From Megasphaera sueciensis (GTDB taxonomy: Bacteria > Bacillota > Negativicutes > Veillonellales > Megasphaeraceae): a stretch of DNA of 24,000 bases. A program made the translations under genes and the position numbers. Below the pieces are notes generated by a model, which was not told the origin of the DNA, searched no databases, and saw only the letters and a program-made list of their open reading frames with translations. The stretch spans positions 205,077 through 229,076 of the forward strand of contig NZ_CP116939.1 of assembly GCF_050219315.1 (NCBI RefSeq), written 5' to 3'. Of this stretch, positions 1 through 7,932 are shown in pieces (the first letter of the stretch is position 1; each line of letters begins with the position of its first letter).

Positions 1-1
1 G

Positions 2-37
2 GAAACACTGGATAATTCTTTTGACATTAACTTTTAG
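2..37 (+). CDS. C-terminal tail of upstream ORF (...ETLDNSFDINF*), probably MraZ, truncated by the window edge
   Basis: Open frame 2 ends in TAG at 35-37, directly upstream of the rsmH RBS. mraZ is the canonical gene before rsmH. Only 11 residues are visible. Confidence 0.4.
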   Translation, partial: ETLDNSFDINF

Positions 38-45
38 GAGGCTCT

Positions 46-978
46 ATGGAATTTCATCATGTGAGCGTCCTGCTCAATGAAATGATAGATAATATTATAG
101 GTGATCCGAATGGAGTATATGTAGACTGTACTCTTGGCGGCGGCGGCCATTCCAGGGCGCTTGCCGAACGATTGACCGATCAGGCAACACTTATTGGCTT
201 AGATCAGGACAGTGAGGCCATAACTGCAGCTGTCAATACGCTTAAAGGCACTGCATGCCGATTTATTCCGGTGCAGCGTAATTTTCAGGATATTGGACAT
301 GTTCTTGATACGCTTTGTATTGAAAAAATTGACGGAATTATGTTTGATTTGGGCGTATCCAGTTATCAGCTGGATACACCGGAACGAGGATTTTCTTATA
401 TGCAGGATGGTCCTTTGGATATGCGAATGAATCAATCACAGAAACAAAGTGCGTATGATGTGGTTAATACATATAGTGAAGCGGATTTATATCGAATTAT
501 TAAAGACTACGGAGAAGAACGGTGGGCTAAACGGATCGCATCTTTTATTGTAGCGGCCCGGAATGAAAAACCGATATGCCGGACCGAGGAACTTGTAACA
601 ATAATTAAAAAGGCTGTACCGGCAGGTGCCCGTAAAGATGGACCGCATCCTGCCAAAAGAACTTTTCAAGCGATTCGAATTGAAGTAAATGATGAATTGG
701 GAATTCTTAAAGATACGTTTGAAACAGCGGCAGAGCGTCTTAAAACAGGGGGCCGTATCGCTGTCATTACCTTTCATTCACTGGAAGATCGTATTGCTAA
801 ACAGACGTTGAAACGTATGGCGACTAACTGTATTTGTCCTCCGGGCATGCCTGTATGTACTTGTCATCACCATGCTATTTTGAAGGTATCTCGTCATGCT
901 ATTGAACCGGGAGATAAAGAGTTAGAATGCAATCCGCGTGCACGAAGCGCAAAATTGCGTGTTGGGATTCGTATATAA
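46..978 (+). CDS. rsmH: 16S rRNA (cytosine(1402)-N(4))-methyltransferase RsmH (MraW)
   Basis: MEFHHVSVLLNEMIDNI..YVDCTLGGGGHS, GIMFDLGVSSYQLD, RAFSYMQDGPLDMRM-like and AVITFHSLEDRIAK motifs; AGGAGG RBS. Confidence 0.97.
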   Translation: MEFHHVSVLLNEMIDNIIGDPNGVYVDCTLGGGGHSRALAERLTDQATLIGLDQDSEAITAAVNTLKGTACRFIPVQRNFQDIGHVLDTLCIEKIDGIMFDLGVSSYQLDTPERGFSYMQDGPLDMRMNQSQKQSAYDVVNTYSEADLYRIIKDYGEERWAKRIASFIVAARNEKPICRTEELVTIIKKAVPAGARKDGPHPAKRTFQAIRIEVNDELGILKDTFETAAERLKTGGRIAVITFHSLEDRIAKQTLKRMATNCICPPGMPVCTCHHHAILKVSRHAIEPGDKELECNPRARSAKLRVGIRI

Positions 979-1020
979 TATACCAGACGTATATGGATAT
1001 ATATTTTATAATTTGATCGG

Positions 1021-1443
1021 ATGTGGTATAATATGCTAGCCAGAAAAGCAGGTTATTATAATTATCAAAATCAGAGCACGCGGACAATTGCCGTTCATTA
1101 TACCGGAGATGCCGCATACGGTACGAGAGCTGAAGAACGTAAATTTTCCCAGGTTTTATGGAAAACATTTGCTTTGATTGCCATTATAGGTATCTTGCTT
1201 TTGGCACATGTGGCTATTTCGGCAGCCGCAGCGAATAGCGGGTATAATTTGATGCGGGAAAAACAACAGGTACAACAATTTTATCGTGAAAATGAAGATT
1301 TACGATTGGATATTGCCAAAATGGAATCGCCGGACCGGATTTATTCTATGGCGACGCAAAAATTGGGAATGGTTGCACCGGGGCAGGTGCTGTATGGCCC
1401 TTCATATGCAAAGAGCAGCGTGGGGAAACACGTAGGTAAATAG
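1021..1443 (+). CDS. ftsL: FtsL-like / septum formation initiator-type cell division protein
   Basis: Small (140 aa) bitopic protein: one TM segment (TFALIAIIGILLLAHVAISAA) followed by a short coiled coil (REKQQVQQFYRENEDLRLDIAKMESPDRIYSMATQKLGMVAP), in the ftsL position after rsmH. Confidence 0.75.
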   Translation: MWYNMLARKAGYYNYQNQSTRTIAVHYTGDAAYGTRAEERKFSQVLWKTFALIAIIGILLLAHVAISAAAANSGYNLMREKQQVQQFYRENEDLRLDIAKMESPDRIYSMATQKLGMVAPGQVLYGPSYAKSSVGKHVGK

Positions 1444-1453
1444 AGCAATATGG

Positions 1454-1485
1454 GCAGCCTTTTTCCGTAAGGCTGCTATTTGTAT
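1454..1485 (+). terminator. Candidate intrinsic terminator between ftsL and murE
   Basis: GCAGCCTT-TTTCCGT-AAGGCTGC (8-bp perfect stem, 7-nt loop) followed by the U-rich tract TATTTGTATTTTTT. Confidence 0.55.
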
Positions 1486-1536
1486 TTTTTGAAAATGGCT
1501 TCATTCGAACCGAGATTAGTTGTTTAGGAGGAAATT

Positions 1537-3027
1537 GTGATGAAAACAATAGGGGAACTTTGTAAGATAATTAATGGAATATATAATATTAAAGGTAATG
1601 CCGAAAAGAAAATTACGGGTATTTCTTCCGATTCCAGAAAAATAGAACCAGGCGATTTATTTATCTGCTTGCCTGGCGTGCATGTTGATGGATCTGTTTT
1701 TGCCAAGCAAGCAGTGGAAAAAGGTGCGGCTGCCGTTCTGACAACCAAACATCTGGATTTGCCGCCGCAAGTTGTACAAATTACAGTGCACAATATTCAT
1801 GAAGCGATGGAGGATGTTGTTCCGTATTTTTATGATTATCCCGGTAAAAAAATGCGGATGATAGGTGTTACAGGAACAAATGGGAAAACAACGACAACGC
1901 ATATTATTGCTCATATTTTGCGCAGCGCCGGATATCATGTCGGCGTTATTGGAACTATTCATGCCCTTATTGACGATAAAGAATTGCCTATTCATAATAC
2001 GACGCCGGATGTTGTAGAATTACAACAATTTTTGTCGCTTATGTATGAAAAAGGAATTACCCATGTGGTTATGGAGGTCTCGAGTCATGCGTTAGCTATG
2101 AACCGTGTGGCAGGGTGTGAATACGATACGGCGGTGTTTACGAATTTGACACAAGATCATTTGGATTATCATAAAACCTTTGCAAATTATCTGGCAGCTA
2201 AGGAAAAACTTTTTCAAGGATTAAGTTCTGGTGAACATGTTAAAGATAATAAGACTGCCATTGTTAACATTGATGATCCTTATGGAAAAGATATTCTCGG
2301 TGTTTGCCATTGCAAGACACTGACATATGGAGTTGAAAAGGAAGCAGATCTTAAAGGCGCTAACTTAAAAGTAGAGTTAAAGAGTTCATCCTTTGATGTG
2401 ACAGGACCGTTTGGAAGTGTTTCCCTCCATATGCAGATTACCGGATTATTCAATGTATATAATACCTTAGCGGCTATTGGGGCTGCACACGCAGAAGGAG
2501 TTTCTACAGAAATTATTGATAAAGCGATTCAAACATTTCATTCGGTACCGGGACGCTTTGAACTTGTAGAAGAAGGGCAAGATTTTGCAGTTATTGTTGA
2601 TTATTCGCATACGCCGGATAGCCTGGAAAAGGCACTTACAACAGCTCGAGCAATGAATCCGAAACGAATTATTGCCGTATTCGGATGTGGGGGTGATCGG
2701 GATCGGACAAAACGTCCTATTATGGGGCGCATTGCTGCAGAATATGCAGATATTCCTATTGTTACATCTGATAATCCACGTTCGGAAAACCCGGAAGATA
2801 TTGTTAAGGAAGTAGAAAAGGGTGTATTGGAAGGGATAAAAGAAGGACAGCATCATGAAGTCATCGTAGATAGACGATCGGCTATTTACCGCGCGGTAGC
2901 AATAGCTCAAAGCGGGGATATTATTTTGATTGCCGGGAAAGGTCATGAAACGTATCAGATTTTGAACAGCGGTACTATTCATTTTGATGACCGTGAGGTA
3001 GCGCGTGACGCGATAAAGGGGAGATAA
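1537..3027 (+). CDS. murE: UDP-N-acetylmuramoyl-tripeptide synthetase family (MurE)
   Basis: ATP-binding GVTGTNGKTTTTHI, VMEVSSHALAM, NLTQDHLDYHKT, FGCGGDRDRTKRPIMG, VVTSDNPRSENP-type meso-DAP recognition motif, IAGKGHETYQ. Start may be ATG at 1540. Confidence 0.95.
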   Translation: MMKTIGELCKIINGIYNIKGNAEKKITGISSDSRKIEPGDLFICLPGVHVDGSVFAKQAVEKGAAAVLTTKHLDLPPQVVQITVHNIHEAMEDVVPYFYDYPGKKMRMIGVTGTNGKTTTTHIIAHILRSAGYHVGVIGTIHALIDDKELPIHNTTPDVVELQQFLSLMYEKGITHVVMEVSSHALAMNRVAGCEYDTAVFTNLTQDHLDYHKTFANYLAAKEKLFQGLSSGEHVKDNKTAIVNIDDPYGKDILGVCHCKTLTYGVEKEADLKGANLKVELKSSSFDVTGPFGSVSLHMQITGLFNVYNTLAAIGAAHAEGVSTEIIDKAIQTFHSVPGRFELVEEGQDFAVIVDYSHTPDSLEKALTTARAMNPKRIIAVFGCGGDRDRTKRPIMGRIAAEYADIPIVTSDNPRSENPEDIVKEVEKGVLEGIKEGQHHEVIVDRRSAIYRAVAIAQSGDIILIAGKGHETYQILNSGTIHFDDREVARDAIKGR

Positions 3028-3029
3028 AC

Positions 3030-4415
3030 ATGGCAACCTTTACGATACAAGAAGTTGAGAAAGCAACGGAAGGAACACTGTCTTATCCGATTAAAGAAGA
3101 CATGATTTTTTCTAAAGTAGAAACGGATACAAGAAATATAAGTCCAGGATCGCTGTTTGTTGCGTTAAAGGGTGAAAAGTTCGATGGGCATGACTTTGTA
3201 TGCCAAGCGCGTGATAATGGGGCAACGGGTGCGATTGTACAGGAATATAGAGAAGAATATAAGAAAGATAACTTTGCTGTTATTCTTGTTTCCAATACGT
3301 TAACTGCATATCAGGGGCTGGCACGGTTCCACCGGCGGCGTTTTGATATTCCCATCGTAGCTGTAACCGGTTCTGTAGGTAAAACGACGACGCGTAATAT
3401 GATAGCATCTGTTTTGGCACAGAAATTTACTGTTTTGCAGACAGCAAAAAATTTTAATAATGAAATTGGGTTACCGAAGACATTGCTGCAGCTGACGAAA
3501 GATCATGGGGCTTGCGTGGTGGAAATGGGAATGCGCGGGCTGGGACAAATTGCTGATTTGGCTGCTGTAGCGGAACCAACGGTTGGCGTTGTGACCAATG
3601 TGGGTAAAAGTCATATCGAATTGTTGGGATCTCAGGCCAACATTGCCAAAGCGAAAAGTGAATTAGTCAAAGCTCTTACGGAAAACGGAGCGGCGATTTT
3701 AAATCAGGATGATCCGTATACTGCGGCCATGGCTGATTTGTGCAAGGGAAAAGTTGTCAGTTTTGGCTTGGGTAATGATGCCGTTATACAGGGAAACCGC
3801 ATTTTTATGGATGAGCAGGGAGTACATTTTACGTGCCGCTGCTTTGATGAAATGTTTGATGTGTTGATTCCGGCATTGGGAGAACACAATGTCTACAATG
3901 CATTGGCCGCTATTTCTGTAGGTCGGATACTAGGACTTTCAGATAGAAAAATGCAAAAAGGATTGCTTGAATATCAGAGTGAAGCAATGCGGCAGGAACT
4001 GATACGCATTGGATCGTATACGTTTATTAATGATGCCTATAATGCAAATCCTGCGTCGATGCAGGAAGCAGTCAGAACGCTTGCACAGCTTGGAAAGGGA
4101 CGCAAAATTGCTGTTCTTGGCGACATGTTAGAGTTAGGTGAGTGGGCACAGAAGGAACACGAAAAAATTGGCATTGAGGCTGCTGCGTTAGGCATTGATG
4201 TTGTAATCGCCATGGGATCTCTTGCTGGTTATATTGCGGCGGCGGCTGAGAATGCCGGATTGACCCAGGTTTATACGGTAGAAAGTCATGCGGCAGCGGC
4301 GGCTTGTTTGAAACATATTCTCCAGCCGGAAGATACAATCCTTCTTAAAGGATCACGAGGAATGGCAATGGAGAAAATACTGCCTTATTTTGAAGGGAAG
4401 TCATGCGAATGTTAA
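3030..4415 (+). CDS. murF: UDP-N-acetylmuramoyl-tripeptide--D-alanyl-D-alanine ligase (MurF)
   Basis: VAVTGSVGKTTTRNMI, VVEMGMRGLGQI, FINDAYNANPASMQEAV, LGDMLELGE motifs; position between murE and mraY. Confidence 0.95.
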   Translation: MATFTIQEVEKATEGTLSYPIKEDMIFSKVETDTRNISPGSLFVALKGEKFDGHDFVCQARDNGATGAIVQEYREEYKKDNFAVILVSNTLTAYQGLARFHRRRFDIPIVAVTGSVGKTTTRNMIASVLAQKFTVLQTAKNFNNEIGLPKTLLQLTKDHGACVVEMGMRGLGQIADLAAVAEPTVGVVTNVGKSHIELLGSQANIAKAKSELVKALTENGAAILNQDDPYTAAMADLCKGKVVSFGLGNDAVIQGNRIFMDEQGVHFTCRCFDEMFDVLIPALGEHNVYNALAAISVGRILGLSDRKMQKGLLEYQSEAMRQELIRIGSYTFINDAYNANPASMQEAVRTLAQLGKGRKIAVLGDMLELGEWAQKEHEKIGIEAAALGIDVVIAMGSLAGYIAAAAENAGLTQVYTVESHAAAAACLKHILQPEDTILLKGSRGMAMEKILPYFEGKSCEC

Positions 4416-5377
4416 ATACGCTGATCTATGGATTTGCAGTCAGCTTGGTCATAGCACTGGTATTGGGTCCGTTTGTGATACGGGAATTAAAATCCTTTCA
4501 CGCTCGCCAATCGGAGCGGGAAGAAGGACCGGCGAGCCATAAAATAAAAGCGGGAACTCCAACGATGGGAGGCGTTTTAATTTTAACGGCTTTAGTGGTA
4601 TCTTGCTTGGTTTTTGATCCGCTGGATCTGCGTAAGGGATTAGCTCTGTTTTTGACATTAGGCTATGGCGCAATTGGTTTTTTAGACGATGGAATCAAGT
4701 CATTGAAGCATCGAAACCTAGGTCTTACGGCAAAGCAAAAATTGATAGGGCAGTTTATTATGGCGGCTATATTCTGTGGTATTTTAAAAGTATATTTGGA
4801 TTTTCCAACGACGTTATGGATCCCATTTACAAACTGGCATGTTGAAATTGGGATATTCTATTATTTATTTGTTTTTGTGATGATTGTCGGCACGAGTAAT
4901 GCCGTGAATCTTACCGATGGATTGGATGGCTTGGCGGCGGGTTCTTGTGCGATTACTTCTGTGGCGTATGTAGTTATTGCCGTGGCGCTGGGATATATTA
5001 ATTTTGCCGTATTTTGCGCATCTATGGCCGGAGCTTGTTTAGGCTTTTTGTTTTATAATCAGCATCCGGCGAAAATGTTTATGGGGGATACAGGTTCCTT
5101 AGCCTTAGGGGGCGCGCTGGCGGCAATGGCCATTCTTACGAAAACAGAATTGCTGCTTATTATAGCGGGCGGACTGTATGTGATCGAAGCATTATCGGTC
5201 ATTATACAGGTCATTTCCTTTAAGACCCGCGGTGTCCGTGTTTTTAAGATGAGTCCGATCCACCATCATTTTGAATTATCAGGGTGGAGCGAAGTGAAAG
5301 TCGTTACGGTTTTTTGGAGTTTTTCAGCCATAATGGCAATTATTGCTATTATTATTGTATTGTCCACGACTAATTAA
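4403..5377 (+). CDS. mraY: Phospho-N-acetylmuramoyl-pentapeptide-transferase (MraY)
   Basis: HKIKAGTPTMGGVLI, LGFLDDGIK-like (GAIGFLDDGIKSLKHRNLGLTAKQKL), SNAVNLTDGLDGLA, MGDTGSLALGG, MSPIHHHFEL; multiple TM segments. Confidence 0.96.
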   Translation: MRMLNTLIYGFAVSLVIALVLGPFVIRELKSFHARQSEREEGPASHKIKAGTPTMGGVLILTALVVSCLVFDPLDLRKGLALFLTLGYGAIGFLDDGIKSLKHRNLGLTAKQKLIGQFIMAAIFCGILKVYLDFPTTLWIPFTNWHVEIGIFYYLFVFVMIVGTSNAVNLTDGLDGLAAGSCAITSVAYVVIAVALGYINFAVFCASMAGACLGFLFYNQHPAKMFMGDTGSLALGGALAAMAILTKTELLLIIAGGLYVIEALSVIIQVISFKTRGVRVFKMSPIHHHFELSGWSEVKVVTVFWSFSAIMAIIAIIIVLSTTN

Positions 5378-5398
5378 TAATTAAAAGAGGCGTTTTCA

Positions 5399-6763
5399 AT
5401 GAGTATAATGGATTTTACGGGTAAAACTATACTGGTTATCGGTGCCGGAATCAGTGGTAAAGCTGCAGCACGTGTATTGGCGGGACATGGCGCGGCGGTG
5501 GTTTTAAATGATAGGAAGAAAATTGATGCCTCGGAAGAACCGTGGACGATTCTTGCCGCAGCAGGTGTGAAATTTGTTTTTGGCAGCCAGGAAACGTCTC
5601 TTCTTGATACAACGGATATTGTTGTACCTTCTCCCGTTATTTCTCCGGAAATTCCTATTATGCGGGAAGCGGTAAAAAGAGGGATTCCTATTTGGAGCGA
5701 AGTAGAAGTAGCGAGTCGTGTTACCAATGCAGATATCCTCGGCGTGACGGGGACTAATGGTAAAACGACAACGACTACACTACTTGGGAAAATTATGGAA
5801 GCGGCAGGACGACATACTGTAGTAGGCGGCAATATTGGTATAGGTCTTTCGGAACAAGCAGCTGATTTACCGGCAGGAGATGTGGTTGTTGCGGAGCTTT
5901 CCAGTTTTCAACTTGAAAACACACAGACGCTTAAACCTAAAGCTGCTTGTATATTGAACATTACACCGGATCATATGGATCGGCATCATACAATGGAAGC
6001 GTATGCTGCTGCAAAAGAACGCATTTTTCGCAATCAGACTAAGCGGGAAACCGCTGTTTTGAATTATGATGATCCGTTGATCAGACAAATGGAGAAGGAT
6101 ATACAAAGTAGGATTCTATATTTTTCAACGAATACAGAAGTTCCTGTAGGTGCTTTCTTGCGAGGCAAGGAATTGATCCTGCGGATCCATGGCAGAGACA
6201 CATGCATATGCCGGACGGACGAATTGAAATTATTCGGTAAACATAATATTCAAAATTGTTTGGCGGCTTTTTTAATTGCCTATGCTGTCGGAGCACCGCT
6301 TGCGGTGATTCGTAAAGTTCTTAAAGAATTCAGCGGAGTGGAGCATCGCATTGAATTTGTGCGTACGATTCAAGGAGTTCCGTATTATAACGATAGTAAA
6401 GGGACTAATACGGATGCATCTATTAAGGCTTTGGAAGCGTTTTCCGGCCATGTTATTCTTATTGCCGGCGGACATGATAAAATGACTCCTCTTGATACGT
6501 TTATGCAGCTGGCAGCTAAAAAAGTGGATATACTGATTTTAGTCGGTGAAGCGGGCGACCGATTTGAACAAGAGGCTCGCAAAGTTGGTGTGAAAAATAT
6601 TTATCGTGCCGGATTTGACATGGAAAAGGCCGTAAGGATGGCTCGAAACATGGCAACGGCACCGCAGGTAATATTGTTGTCACCAGCGTGTTCCAGCTAC
6701 GATATGTATGACAATTTTGAACAGCGCGGCGATGATTTTAAACGGATTGTTTGGTCGCTGTAA
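5399..6763 (+). CDS. murD: UDP-N-acetylmuramoylalanine--D-glutamate ligase (MurD)
   Basis: VTGTNGKTTTTTLLG, NITPDHMDRHHTMEAY, HNIQNCLAA, YYNDSKGTNTDA, LLSPACSSYDMYDNFEQRGDDFK. Confidence 0.96.
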   Translation: MSIMDFTGKTILVIGAGISGKAAARVLAGHGAAVVLNDRKKIDASEEPWTILAAAGVKFVFGSQETSLLDTTDIVVPSPVISPEIPIMREAVKRGIPIWSEVEVASRVTNADILGVTGTNGKTTTTTLLGKIMEAAGRHTVVGGNIGIGLSEQAADLPAGDVVVAELSSFQLENTQTLKPKAACILNITPDHMDRHHTMEAYAAAKERIFRNQTKRETAVLNYDDPLIRQMEKDIQSRILYFSTNTEVPVGAFLRGKELILRIHGRDTCICRTDELKLFGKHNIQNCLAAFLIAYAVGAPLAVIRKVLKEFSGVEHRIEFVRTIQGVPYYNDSKGTNTDASIKALEAFSGHVILIAGGHDKMTPLDTFMQLAAKKVDILILVGEAGDRFEQEARKVGVKNIYRAGFDMEKAVRMARNMATAPQVILLSPACSSYDMYDNFEQRGDDFKRIVWSL

Positions 6764-6798
6764 ATTATGAGCTGAAGTGAAAATAAGGAGGAAAAGGC

Positions 6799-7917
6799 AT
6801 GCGTCGTGTCATTATATCCGGTGGAGGAACAGGTGGTCATATCTATCCGGCGATTACTATTGCCAGATCTATTGCCGATATTGAACCGACAGAGTTTTTA
6901 TATGTGGGTTCTAAAGTTGGCTTGGAAAATACGCTGATACCTAAAGAAGGACTGCCTTTTGTTACACTGGATGTACGAGGATTGGAACGAAAAATATCCA
7001 TTCGCAATATGGTTACATTGAAAAAAACTATTGGCAGCATGGTGCAAGCCCGATGGTTATTACATAAATTTAAACCGCAGGTCGTTATTGGAACAGGGGG
7101 GTTTGTCTGCGGCCCAGTACTTTTAGCGGCTAGTTTAAGCGGTATACCCACACTTATTCAGGAGCAAAATGTTATTCCGGGTATTACCAATACAATTTTA
7201 AGCAAATTTGTCGATATTGTAGCGCTCGGTTATGAAGAAGCTTCTGGTCGTTTTAATCAAAAAAACAAATTGGTAGTTACAGGTAATCCTGTTCGGAAGG
7301 ATATTTTAACTGTATCCAAGAAGACCGGACGGGCTTTTCTGGGATTAGATCCGGTAAAGTTTACCCTTTTGGTTGCTGGTGGCAGCCGGGGTGCTCGTAC
7401 TATTAATACAGCTATGGTAGAAGCGCATCGGTACTTTAAAGATGATCCGGATATACAGATTTTGCATGTAACTGGGACTGACGAATATAAACAAGTTGTG
7501 GAACAACTTCCGGGAATCAGCGAAAAAGGGAAGTACGGTTCGGGAAGTTATATTATTCCATATCTTCACCATATGCCGGAAGCACTGGCGGCGGCTGATT
7601 TAGCAGTATACCGCGCAGGAGCGGTAGGACTGGCGGAATTGACTGTACGAGGTCTGCCTTCCATATTGATACCATATCCTTATGCGGCCGAAGATCATCA
7701 ACGGTATAATGCGCAGGCTTTGGTTATGTGCGGTGCTGCAAAAATGATTTTGGATAAGATGCTTACAGGACGGGAACTTATTGAAGAAATCGTTCATTTG
7801 AAAAATGATCCGGTAGCGTTGAAACGGATGGCTGAAGCTAGTAAGTCTTTGGGAAAACCTAAGGCTGCATATGATATCGCAAAGTTGGCATTGTCCATCG
7901 CACGCGACTCAAAATAA
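6799..7917 (+). CDS. murG: Undecaprenyldiphospho-muramoylpentapeptide beta-N-acetylglucosaminyltransferase (MurG)
   Basis: ISGGGTGGHIYPAITIA, GTGGFVCGPVLLAA, IPTLIQEQNVIPG, VAGGSRGARTIN, DLAVYRAGAVGLAELT. Confidence 0.96.
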   Translation: MRRVIISGGGTGGHIYPAITIARSIADIEPTEFLYVGSKVGLENTLIPKEGLPFVTLDVRGLERKISIRNMVTLKKTIGSMVQARWLLHKFKPQVVIGTGGFVCGPVLLAASLSGIPTLIQEQNVIPGITNTILSKFVDIVALGYEEASGRFNQKNKLVVTGNPVRKDILTVSKKTGRAFLGLDPVKFTLLVAGGSRGARTINTAMVEAHRYFKDDPDIQILHVTGTDEYKQVVEQLPGISEKGKYGSGSYIIPYLHHMPEALAAADLAVYRAGAVGLAELTVRGLPSILIPYPYAAEDHQRYNAQALVMCGAAKMILDKMLTGRELIEEIVHLKNDPVALKRMAEASKSLGKPKAAYDIAKLALSIARDSK

Positions 7918-7932
7918 AGGGAGTGCATACAC

